A stretch of 63,880 bases of DNA, the filler included, from Octopus bimaculoides (lineage: Eukaryota), in assembly GCF_001194135.2 (NCBI RefSeq). It is 6 parts of 6 records of this genome, joined end to end, with 100 filler letters (N's around TTAATTAATTAA, not from the genome) between each part and the next. Parts side by side here need not be neighbours in the genome. Positions count along the whole stretch, not along the records: positions 1 to 20,027 come from NC_068988.1; 5 more parts are not named here. One strand, given 5' to 3'. Positions 1-11,145 of this stretch are shown piece by piece. The notes beneath the pieces are model-generated. The model was given only the letters and a program-made list of their open reading frames with translations. It made no database searches and was not told where the DNA came from. Position numbers and translations under genes: made by a program. Within the stretch, counting starts at the first letter, position 1, and each line of letters starts with the position of its first letter.

Positions 1-130
1 GTTGGAAGGCGCTGCGTTCAATCATGTAAAAACGAATAGTAAATGAGTATATGCATATATACGTACAGGTATGTGCATACCGACATCCACCTGTATGTAT
101 AGGTGCATATCTGGGTACACGACATTGCAA

Positions 131-163
131 ATATATATCTATATCTATATATATATATATATA

Positions 164-192
<29 letters not shown>
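131..192. repeat. (TA)n microsatellite
   Basis: Direct read of a TA run with occasional TC; dozens of similar (TA)n/(TG)n/(TATG)n tracts occur across the window. Confidence 0.95.
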
Positions 193-194
<2 letters not shown>

Positions 195-257
195 GGAAAA
201 TTCACAAAAAACAAAAGACGAAGGCAAGTGATGTAGACAACAAACAGATGCATTAGT

Positions 258-560
258 TTAACGCTCGGGAAGTGAAAATGTCTTTAACGTTTCGAACCTT
301 CGCTCTTCCAGAGAAAGGAACACATAACGAAACAGAGAAGGAAAATAAAGAATTGTAGTGGGTACCGATCTATCATGGCGAATGCCGGACAGAGGGTCAC
401 ATAGGAGAGTTAGGAAGAAGGGGAGATAATAAAGTAGCGGTGATCCAGATACGAAGGTGGACGTGCATGTATGTGCGTGTGGAAGAGGGCTGGTGACCTT
501 GACGTGTGCGTGTGTGCATGTGTAGATACGTGGATTTGGTGCGGGTGCTAGGAATTGGTC
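258..560 (-). mobile_element. Penelope-like pseudo-LTR/3' end fragment (putative)
   Basis: Minus strand ends in ...GAAGAGCGAAGGTTCGAAACGTTAAAGAC, the hammerhead-like terminus typical of PLE pLTRs; no ORF support. Confidence 0.4.
282..317 (-). ncRNA. Degenerate minimal type I hammerhead ribozyme
   Basis: Minus strand: CTTT (stem I) CTCTGGA (mutated CUGANGA) A GAGC-GAAG-GTTC (stem II) GAA ACGT T AAAG (stem I'). Confidence 0.35.
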
Positions 561-649
561 AGTACTAGTGTGTGCATGCTGATGTGATGTGATGTGGTGT
601 TGTGTGGTGCGGTGATGTGTGGTATGGTGTGGTGTGGTGGTGTTGTCAC

Positions 650-2760
650 CCATTTTATACCCATGCCCTTTTCTGATAATTTTATTTCTAAGCGGTATGA
701 GAGCTATGCAAAAAATTAAATGTGAAAGTGAGTCACCTTGGAGAATACTGTAGTTTATATTAATATTTTTTGTGGTCAGTAATCCACTACAGTGGTATAA
801 TTGGAGATTCGTGTTCCTCACTGACATGTTGTGATTTAGGAAATTTGATATCACAGGAGATATTCTAAAGATACCCAGCGATTTTAAGATCCATGAAAGC
901 GGTATACCGTCAAACGATTTTTTCAGAATCAATCCACGCGGAAATGAAATGAAATTTCTGCATTTGTTATGACCGTTCTGAAGGATCGCGCGATTGATTA
1001 AGCATTGGTCTTTACATCCATATGAGCATCGTTGCCAACCTTATTGTTCAGTGGGGAGAATACCATTCTGTTCCATAAATTTGTGTTTTCTACACGAGGA
1101 TGTATGTTAAACTTCTATACATGGTAGATTGGCATGCTATGCGCTGATAGTTTTGGGAGAATTTCGTTTCATTAATTCTGCGGGAGTAGGTAAGTAATAC
1201 CCCTTGTAAACCAGTCAAGTGTTTTTGTAGGATCTCTCATAATTCCCTTGATTAACTGGACTAACTTTTTGTGTGCGCACAGGAATGATGTGAACCAGAG
1301 ATTTGGCACCTTATCATTACTAGCGGATTTCCACTTATGGGCCTTCCCGAATGTCAGGCTTAAGTCTGCTATTGTGGTGTCTTGCCGTGCTTGTCCTGAC
1401 ACAGTTTGGTTGGATCCTTCTGTGCGTCTAATCCAGTCTGCATTTTTATTGTAAATCTTTTCATCACTCCCGATATTTTATCACAAGTTTTTAACTTCTT
1501 CCATGGTAGGTAGTTTTCAACAGTTATTTTCTCCTTTCCTATTTCTCTGTAGAATGTTTTTGCATTGGATGAGAACAGCACATTTTGCTTGTAAAGCTTG
1601 TTTGTCTTCTGAAATCTTCATATTGTTTGAGCTTTTGCTTGGAATGTTTGTTGCTGTGTTTCTTTTGTCGAAATCATTTCTTCTCTTGGTGATAATCTAG
1701 ACTTTCTCTTAATTTTTCCTCATTTACTGGATTTTACATTGTTTCCACAGGCTAGTTCAGTCAATTTTGACATTTTACCTCTCAATATTTCAATCTATTT
1801 TTCAATTTTATTTTTCCATTTTGGAATTCTTGTCAGGTTTGTATTTCTTTGTTTTATTCAGAGGCACACAACTAGTTTCAGTTGTTTTAGCTGCTGCGTT
1901 AAATGCTTTCATTTAATTTAGGTAGATCTGGTCTTAGTCCTTATATAATTTCATTTTTTACATAGTTTTCAATTTAATTATTTTTCTATTTTGGATTGTA
2001 TTTGAGAGTTTATGAAGTGGTTCCCTATCATCCATATTGGTGTGTCTTACATCTGCAGATTTATTCAGGATTTTCTGCTTCATTTCTATCATAGACACCC
2101 TGTGTACTTCAGTAAGAATGTAGCCTTCAAATATTGTTTCTTTATAACTTTCTTTGCTATCTGTATCTATTTCGTTACAGTTTATTTCTTCAGACGTTTG
2201 CGTGTTCTAGTCAGATGGCAGTTTTTCAATTGTGACTCGTGGAGTGTTGCTCTCTTTGTCTGGTTCTTCATTTCCTTTCTGTCTTATATTTAGGTCATTT
2301 TCTGCTGCGTGCTTGATCGCAGTTATTTCACTATTTGTGAGTCTTTTATTTCCGAAGGTATCACTTCTAACATTTGCTAACTTGTTTTCGTCTAAATATA
2401 GTCTGCTGCCTTGATTTCGTGTTCTCCATATTTCATAAAAGAGTGTCGTGTGTGTTTCTCTTCAGGTGGCCTATCCAATGCATAGTAATAGGCGTGTATT
2501 GCTTCTGTATACTATTCTCGGGTCCATTTGATCCTCTTACATTTTTCATTCTGTAATGGGTGAGGCAGTGGACGTGGACGACACGAGTTTGGGCAGTCCC
2601 CGTTCAAGTAACCGTCCAGATTTGTATTCAGAGAAGAATTTTTGACAGTGGCAGGCTTTCGCCCCCAAGCTGGCTCTCTCCTAGAAGACGCGCTATCATA
2701 TTAACAATAGAACAAGCGATTTAGTGTACTGTTGTAGTTTCCTTTTTTTGTTTCATGAGA
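650..2760 (-). mobile_element. R4/Dong-clade non-LTR retrotransposon, decayed N-terminus plus RT domain, 3' truncated
   Basis: Frameshifted translations give RIKWTRE.., LDENKLANVRS, LFSSNAKTFYREIG, AHKWKSASNDKVPNLW..WFTRGITYLLP, SYGCKDQCLIN, AWID..SFDGIPLSWI and ILQGDSLSHLIFCIALIPL, matching R4-type RT motifs. It breaks just before the YMDD motif. Confidence 0.85.
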
Positions 2761-3169
2761 CATATTTGTGTTACATTAAAATTCTTAGTATTGTGATGTG
2801 TGAGGCAGATGTAGAGATAGTTGTTGTCTATGCCATTTTTGTAAACTCCACCATTAATACCGTTAAGTTACGTTAACCTTGCCATTGTTCATCGTAAGTT
2901 ACTACAAGTAGTGTCTTCATCTATAGCCTTGTGGGTAACATTTGTAGCTATGGCGACAGTATAACCGTTATTTAGTCTAGTCTGTCATCTTTGCTCCTAC
3001 TAATGTGTAGTATTATTAAAAACTGCTTAGTTTCGACTTTTGTCTTGTACTTAAAATAATCATAAATATGTGTGGGTTGAAGGGCATAGTAGGAGGAAGA
3101 GAAGCAGCTTGTTGAATAAGCAAAATCCCACAGGTCTGTAAATACGTTCGGTAGATGAAGAGAAGGAAA

Positions 3170-3790
3170 TCAACAATGTGGCATTGGATTCCTGAGCGAA
3201 AAGGAAAAGGAAAAAGAATATTTAACCAAACAGTTTGTGTAAACTTGATGATATTCCCCTGTCGTTTTATTCATTTCCCCAGGGTGTGATTTTAAAAACC
3301 CGCAAACATATTTCCCCTTATGCATTTTAAATATTGAAAGTGAAGCAGAGTCAGAATATTTTCTGAGAATATTGACTTTCAAGATTTTTTTTTCAAAATT
3401 GCTGCTGTTCGAAGCAAAATGTTCAGCTAGGTCTATCGAACTAATGTTATTGTGCCTGGTATCATATCTGTGCCCATTAAATCTTTTGTCTAATTGTTCT
3501 TTTGTACAACCAACATAAATAAAGTTGTGTATCATGCATTCTTCCGCGTACGAAAAATAGGAATCTCTACATATTCCACTTTCTGTTTTTGTTGTTTCCC
3601 GATAGAATTTTTTTGACACATGTTGTTGCACAATGGACAGGGCTTACCTCACTTGCTGCTATTTTTCAAGGAACTGCGTGCAGATACTCCAATGTTAATT
3701 TTCTTGGAGTCAGAAATACAGGTAAATGGTCGTCTTATATTTTTATTCCCTCTAAATGTTGTAGTAGGCGGCTGAGGTAATATCTGTTTG
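3170..3790 (-). mobile_element. Penelope-like element fragment, Cys linker plus GIY-YIG endonuclease (decayed)
   Basis: ORF 3170-3631 contains IYVGCTKEQLDKRFNGHRYD..LAEHF (GIY-YIG YxGxT..L..R..EH). The upstream frame reads PPTTTFRGNKNIR and PCPLC. Confidence 0.8.
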
Positions 3791-3826
3791 AAACGAGGAA
3801 AAACGTCTCTGTCAATCCATTTAAAA

Positions 3827-3910
3827 TATTATTATTATTATTATTATTGTTGTTGTTGTTGTTGTTGTTATTGTTTTTATTATTATTATTGTTATTATTA
3901 TTATTATTTT
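3827..3910. repeat. (TAA)n/(TTG)n microsatellite abutting the R4 3' end
   Basis: Direct read. Confidence 0.95.
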
Positions 3911-4515
3911 ATGTTTGACTTTTGTTTTGCATTTGTACAAGTTGGATCCAAGTCTCACCCAGAGACCTCAAGAGACAACAAGTTAGAAGTTCATGTAGGT
4001 GTTATGCCTAGAGTACCATATATTTGGATTTGTACAGTTTTGTTCAAGTGAATGTTTAAGAAACCATAAGAAAATTGTGTTTGCTTTAAAATTTGAGATC
4101 ACATAGACAGTATTTTACGTAGGATATGGGCAGTTCCCATGAGCACTATCTTTTGAACTTCAGCCATTTTGGGGTTTCCTGGAATCTGATCTAGGTAGTA
4201 ATCAGCCCGTTTCGCTGTCATTCCCAGGGCACCTATGACAATAGGTATTGTTTTCGTCTTCAGATTCCACATTTTGCTAATTTCTATTTCAAGATCTTTA
4301 TATTTGCTCAGTTTTTGGTAGGTCTTGACAGATACGTTTATATCGATTGGGACAGTCATATCAATGAGGAGGCATGATTTTTGTCTGAAGACTTTCAGTA
4401 TGATGTCTGGCCTATTTGCGTCTATCTCTCTGTCAGTTTGAATGGTGAAGTTCCAGAGGGGTGCAATGTGATCATTTTCAAGTACTGGGGGTGGTTTGTG
4501 TTCCCACCAGTTTTT
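3911..4515 (-). mobile_element. 5'-truncated R4/Dong-clade element: RLE (PD-D/ExK) endonuclease C-terminus plus 3' UTR
   Basis: Intact ~140 aa frame WWEHKPPPVLEND..LWNFTIQTDREIDANRPDIIL..CLLIDMTVP..KLSKYKDLEIEISKMWNL..IPIVIGALG..LMGTAHILRKIL, stop at 4099, then the UTR running into (TAA)n. Confidence 0.92.
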
Positions 4516-4598
4516 ATCAATTATTATTATTATTATTATTAATATTATTATTATTATTATTATGATTATCACTGTTATTACAATTAATATTATTATTA

Positions 4599-4663
<65 letters not shown>
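4516..4663. repeat. (TAA)n microsatellite at the 5' junction of the R4 fragment
   Basis: Direct read. Confidence 0.95.
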
Positions 4664-4973
4664 TACTTTTAATCTGCATGTTTGTAACAATCACTTGCCG
4701 AGAGACACCCAGCGTCCTAGGGAAAGTGAAGGATAAGAGATGCTAGTGTATCATTAAAAGTTTGGGGAGGGGAAATTACAGGGGCAGTAGCGAAATATCT
4801 CCATGCAATACAACACAAACATTTAAATTGATAGGATTCTTCTAAAGATTGTCAGCACAATCTTTTGGAATTCTCTTAGACATGGTTCTCCTAGGATATT
4901 ATCTAAATGTTTCTGAATTATTATTATTATTATTATTACTATAGTTGTTGTTGTTGAATTTGTTGTTGTTAAC

Positions 4974-5190
4974 GCGGTAATCTTGCAGAATCGTTAACAT
5001 GCTGAGCGAAATGCTTAGCGGCATTTCGTCCGTCGCTACAATAACGATGTTAAATTCCGCCGGAGACGACTTCGCCTTTCAACCTCTCGGGATAGATAAA
5101 ATAAATACTAGTTACACACTGGTGTCGATGTAATCGACTAGTCTCCACCCACAAAATTCCAGGCCTTGTGCTTATTTGTAGAACGGATTA
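4974..5190 (+). mobile_element. tRNA-derived SINE family A
   Basis: gcagaatcgtta..gaaatgcttagcggcatttcgtc..aaattccgccg..gtcgatgtaatcgact..ggccttgtgc, shared with many copies in the window. Confidence 0.85.
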
Positions 5191-5202
5191 TTACGATAAT
5201 CG

Positions 5203-5246
<44 letters not shown>

Positions 5247-5270
5247 TTCCTCATAATCATCATCATCATT
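5203..5270. repeat. (ATC)n microsatellite
   Basis: Direct read. Confidence 0.95.
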
Positions 5271-5590
5271 AGGATCACAATTTTTGGGGTTATAATTTTA
5301 TTAGCACTCTTGCTGTTCATATACAATAGTTGTTGTAGTCATCTCTATTTGTTATTGTTGTTCTTGTGACTGATATTCTAAGGTTGGGATTAGTGTCATT
5401 TTTAGCTCTGTCCATCATTTTTATCACTGTCGATTGTATTTCGTATATTATGATCCAATGATTCATTTGAGGCATTTGTAATATTACTGTTCGAAACGTT
5501 ATCAATTTTATTCATATCTTTTCCTTCTTAAAATGATAAGTATCAATAAATGTATTGTTTGCATATTATGTATAGAAACAAAATTAAGAT

Positions 5591-5809
5591 ATTCTTTTCT
5601 ACTCTAGGCACAAGACGCCTAAATTTTTTGGGGGAAGGGGTCAGTCGATTAGATCGACCCCAGTACGAAACTGCTACTTAATTAATCAACCTCGAAAAGA
5701 TGAAAGGCAAAGTCGAACTCGATGGAATTTGAACTCAGAAAATAAAGACAGACAAAATACCGCTAAGTATTTCGTCCGGCGTGTTAACGTTTCTGTCAGC
5801 TCACCGCCT
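5591..5809 (-). mobile_element. tRNA-derived SINE family A, full length
   Basis: Reverse complement matches family A (B-box-like TGAGTTCAAATTCC, tail gtgcctagagtagaaaagaat). Confidence 0.9.
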
Positions 5810-6073
5810 CGGAAAGCTTACGTTATTGCCTGACGAAGTGGCACTTCGTGCATTTCAAACACATTGTTTTAGACAGTTTGTCTGTAATTTACTATGTAAC
5901 ATCAGCTATATGAGTTTCGAAGCAGTGAGAGACTGAAACAATTGTAACAGATATCATGTTATATTGATATCTCTATCCTCTATGAAACCTTACACACGCA
6001 CTCTCGCAAACGAATACCCGATCACAATTATATGTGTGCGTATTTGTATGTCTGTCTGTGTACTGTGTATATA

Positions 6074-6112
<39 letters not shown>

Positions 6113-6130
6113 NNNNNNNNNNTGTGTGTG

Positions 6131-6176
<46 letters not shown>

Positions 6177-6735
6177 GTAGGTATATGATACATGTGATGT
6201 CACAACATGAGTACATATTTGGAAAATGTTTATATATTCTCCTGCTGTGCGATTAATTGAGTTAATTGCTTGACATTCGGTAATTGGTGTCATTAAAACT
6301 GTGTCTACTATCTACGCTTTCAATACGGGTATTTGTTTTTAAATATTTAATAAGAGCAGTTATTGAAAATTATAGAATGCAGTGCATCGAATCACATAAA
6401 AACGTATCGAATGATATATACATGCATGTATATATACACGTATGTATGTATACATGTATGTATATATGTCATTAGTCAGTTTCATTTTATGATTTCTTGC
6501 CAACAAAGGAGCCGGTCTCTAACCTAGAGCCAAGGCTACTCCATTGGAATTTGAACGTCAACACGGTGTAGGTAGGTAAGTAGGTACGTAGGTATGTAGG
6601 TACATGTGTATGTGTATGTATGTATCTATGTCTCTAGCGATGGATGAATTTAGGTATGTGTATGCATATATATGAATTTCTGTATGTATGGACGTAAATA
6701 TACTATTATAAATATCTTTGGCTATCTATCATCTG

Positions 6736-6766
<31 letters not shown>

Positions 6767-6781
6767 GTCTATCTGTCTGCC

Positions 6782-6815
<34 letters not shown>

Positions 6816-6848
6816 TCAATATATCTATCAATATCTCTATGTGTCCGT

Positions 6849-6890
<42 letters not shown>

Positions 6891-7452
6891 GCGTGTGTGT
6901 GCGTGCAGGTATATTTAGACGCACAGACTCACAGACTCACATATATTGTAATATACTGAATTATATGTTATTATTTCCACTCATAGGAACATACAGACAT
7001 ATGCAAAGCTGTAAAATATATTGCTTTGACAATGTTATGTAAATTTTAAAGTCATTTCCATTGAAAAATATAAAAAAATCCTCTTTTCTGACATTTAGTT
7101 CCCAATAGTCATTATATTCATATCTTGTATCCTGTCTCTTGTCAGAAGGCGAGAAACAATATTTTCTGCTTTCGAAATATAACATACATACGTACATACA
7201 TACATACATGCATATAGATATACATATGCACATATGTATATATGTATATATATATATATATATATATNNNNNNNNNNNNNNNNNNNNNNNNNNNNNNNNN
7301 NNNNNNNNNNNNNNNNNNNNNNNNNNNNNNNNNNNNNNNNNNNNNNNNNNNNNNNNNNNNNNNNNNNNNNNTATATATATAAATATACATAAACATATAT
7401 ACACATATATGTATATATATATCTATAGATCTCAATGTATATATGTATATGC

Positions 7453-7502
<50 letters not shown>

Positions 7503-7931
7503 GTGTGTACGTGTGTATGTGTGTGTATGTGTGTGCGTGCGTGTGTATACGGAAAATAACGAAGGTAAAATTCTCGTGTGAGCCATTAATATTACATCTC
7601 TTTGTAATCGCAGTGAATTTCATGGATAGTTAGTTGGAGTAAAATTGTATCTGTTTTTCACTTTATGAATTGTCATTGATAAGTTATGTCATGAAATATT
7701 ACACAGCATGGCTTGTATTAAAGAAGAACGTAGAAACTACTGAAAATAAAGCAAAGGATGCAAAATATGAAATCCAAAAGGGAAAGCAATAATGTTAATA
7801 ACATTCAGAACCAGTGGGCGATATTTTTTAAAATTCTTTTACACATTATTTCGCAACAACTTTCAGTGTGTATATACATACGATAGCGTATCGCATAGCC
7901 CATGCTAATAAACGTGGCTGTGTTGTTCATA

Positions 7932-8352
7932 CTTTGTTTGTGACGAAGTAGTTTAGTGCGTAGGTTCGATTCAACTACAAAGTAGCGTATTTTTCCCGAA
8001 GCCCTGGCTGGCCAACATAATTGTGTGACTAATTTCTTCAATAGAAATTGTGCGCTAGACAATCGACTATGCATGTATGCGTGCGCATATATGCGTGCAT
8101 CTTTCAGTGTATGCATTCATCTCTGTGTGCATGCATGTGTGTCTGTTTGTGTGTGTGTGTTTGCGTGTGTGTGTATGTGTGGCTGCTGATGCAGGGATAC
8201 TTGTGCATTTAAGTAGCTCGCTTTGCAAATAAGTGTATTCTGGTGCAGGCATCTGCTATATTCCCAAAGACTGACTAAATGTGGTAAACAGAAACTCTGT
8301 ATCACCCAATCCATTCGAACCTACGCACTAAACTATTTCGTCACAAACAAAG
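7932..8352. repeat. Inverted-repeat pair, 38 bp arms (37/38 identical); MITE-like or RNA duplex
   Basis: 7932-7969 ctttgtttgtgacgaagtagtttagtgcgtaggttcga is the reverse complement of 8315-8352 with one mismatch. Confidence 0.85.
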
Positions 8353-8685
8353 GTATTGCAACTTGTGCAATCTTGAGTTGTTTTTTATTCTATTTTCTAA
8401 GCATAAACTAATTAATAAACTAACATATAATGGGTTCAGATGTGTTCACGTTCGCAAACATACTTATGATTGGTTTAGATAATTTCATTCTTTATTTCTC
8501 CTATAGCAGTACTTTGATATGATCGGGTATTAAGGTCTGGGTTTTAGTATTTTAATTCTGCTATTGCTCTATTTACTTATTCGTACATCTGTTCATATAC
8601 ATGTGTATGTATGTGTGTATGTGTGTATATATGTATATGTATGTGTGTATGTATATGTGTATATATACTTATATGTATATATGTA

Positions 8686-8735
<50 letters not shown>

Positions 8736-9865
8736 CGTGTGTGTGTGTGTGTGTATATATATATATGTTTGAGTAATGTTTTGTATGTGTGTATATATGT
8801 ATGTGTATATGTGTATATATATATATATGTATGTATGTATGTGTGTGTATGTGTAAACATTTGTATGTATATGTATATGTATATATAATTTTATAATATA
8901 TTTTAAAATGAGGTTTTATTAACATATTTTTATATTTATATATATATGTGTGTGGATGTAAGTGTGTGTGCGTGTGTGTGTATGTATGTGTGTGTCTGTA
9001 TGTGTTTATGACTTGTGAACTTTGCTTCTTTGTGTATGCATACACATACATGTGAGAGTGCACGTGTGTGCGTGCATGAACGTGTGTGCGCGTATGAACG
9101 TGTGTGCGTGTGCGTACGGGCGAACACGCGGATGCCTGTATGTAGGTAATAGCGTTCTTTTTGCTAAAACTTTAAACATTTTGTTCATTTTTTGTAATTG
9201 TGAAATTTTTTCGCCATGAACGGTTTGTGTTTTTAAACGGAATGTATTTTTTCTGATGTTATATTTATTCCTGAATGATGTGTAAAGCAATTTTGATTTA
9301 AGCCTCTTAATGAATTCTTTATACTGAAATATATATTGAAGTAGATAAATATGTTCATTTGAATTTATACGTTTTTGCGTCGTAACTCCTTTATTATTAT
9401 TAATANNNNNNNNNNNNNNNNNNNNNNNNNNNNNNNNNNNNNNNNNNNNNNNNNNNNNNNNNNNNNNNNNNNNNNNNNNNNNNNNNNNNNNATATATATA
9501 TATATACAGGTATACGTACGTACCCAACTCTACCGTTGTAGCAATAGAAATGCCGATCCACAATTCGTATGACATTCCTAAACATCTAATTAAGACCTCG
9601 GTCGATGGTTCTGGGAATAAAATATGTATATTTTATTTGTATATATGATTGCAACTTATAGGCAACTTGCGCTATGCAGCACGCATTTAACTATTAAATG
9701 GAGAACACAAAGATTGCAGCAATATTCGTGCTACTAAGGATATCTGGATTGTTTTTGAACAAACTCTTCCGTGAACCCTCTGTGTGTACCCCATGGCACA
9801 ACACTATACTTTGCAGAAACAATGTTTTCTTTTTGGTTTTAGTAAAGAAATGTTACTGTTCTTAC

Positions 9866-10115
9866 CTGCGAAATTTCCCTGACACTTGACTGCCATATCC
9901 ATGATAATTCATTGAATGCTTCCTTTTTTACCCCCCTGTTCACTGATCCGCTCTTATTCCTAAGTGAAAACCGTCCTGTTCATAGTAATTTCATTTGGAA
10001 ATGTTTGATGTGGTCATTGGAATATCTTGCAATTGAATTGGTTTAACAACATCGGCAAAAGACTTAGAAGCCCACACTGCAATTTCTTGATTTACGGCAG
10101 CCAGACTGAGCGACA
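9866..10115 (-). other. Candidate exon (250 nt), not open in any frame throughout
   Basis: Acceptor ttttcag| and donor CAG|gtaaga on the minus strand; stops in all three frames. Confidence 0.2.
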
Positions 10116-10770
10116 CTGAAAACATGAAGGCGGTATTTTAAAATCTTTCACGAGATGATATTACTTTCTGGAGGACATGTCGATAAAACATCTTTTGCAC
10201 AAACGTTCCGATTTCATTCACCAATTTTCTTAGTCACTGACATTTTTAATGATAGAGTGTATGTTCAAGCGCTGGTGTGTGTCCACGTAGTCACTCGTAA
10301 AAAGGCTCTCGACTTCTCCAAACAACTCTATTGTAAACTTAAAGCGGTTGCCGATAAAAAATAATTAAGGTACATGTATGCGTACGCTTCTGACAATGTA
10401 AGCAGGATAGGATGTCTATCTCAACGGAAAATGGTTGGAAGTCTAATTTGGTTTGTATTTAGAATACACGGTTTTTAAACATTAGTGCATGTCCATATTT
10501 ACATCCTGCCACTCTGATGTTCTTCGAATCTGATACAGCTGTGTATTGTATAGATTGGGCTAAGTTATTATGCTTTTATAGTCTTCTGATGTATTAAATT
10601 AATTCAATGTCATAAAGTGGACACCATATAAATATTCATTTTATATATACATTTCAGCGTAAGTAATGCTACATAATTATTCTACACGATAAGGAAAAGA
10701 ATTCGGTTGCAGCCATAACCTCACACTTTATGCGATTATAAATTTTAGCAATAATACTATTTTTAATATT

Positions 10771-10935
10771 AAGGTGTCGAGCAGACAGAATCGTTATTCG
10801 CCCGAAAAAGTGCTTAGCAGCTTTTCGTTCAAATTCTACCGATGTCGACTATGACTTTCCTCTTTGCCAAGGCAATAAAATAGATACAGTTGAACACTGA
10901 GATCCATGTAATCGATAACTTCCTCCCTGAATCAG
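10771..10935 (+). mobile_element. SINE family A, old and degenerate
   Basis: cagaatcgtta..tgcttagc..ttcaaattctaccga..atgtaatcga. Confidence 0.6.
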
Positions 10936-10945
10936 TATTATTAAC

Positions 10946-11145
10946 TTGGTGAGCTTGCAGATTTGCTTAGCGGCATTTCGTCCATCTTTCGGTTCAGAGT
11001 TCAAATTTTGCCATGGTCTACTTTGCCTCTCGACCTTCCAGGGTCGATATAATAAGTACTAGTTGAGAACAGGAATCGATGTATGCGACTTAGTTCTTTA
11101 CCATAAACTGCTGTCCTTGTGCAAAATTTTGAAACCGTTATTATT
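10946..11145 (+). mobile_element. SINE family A with (ATG)n following
   Basis: gcttagcggcatttcgtcc..agagttcaaatt..gtcgatataataagtactag..ccttgtgc. Confidence 0.75.

Noticed and set aside
3020-3055. Hammerhead remnant after the PLE GIY-YIG ORF (minus strand GAC-AAAA-GTC-GAAAC)
   Set aside because: No CUGANGA box and no stem I; too decayed to call.
650-4572. Single full-length R4 element spanning RT and RLE
   Set aside because: Domain order on the minus strand is RLE then RT with a PLE piece between, so the fragments are not colinear.
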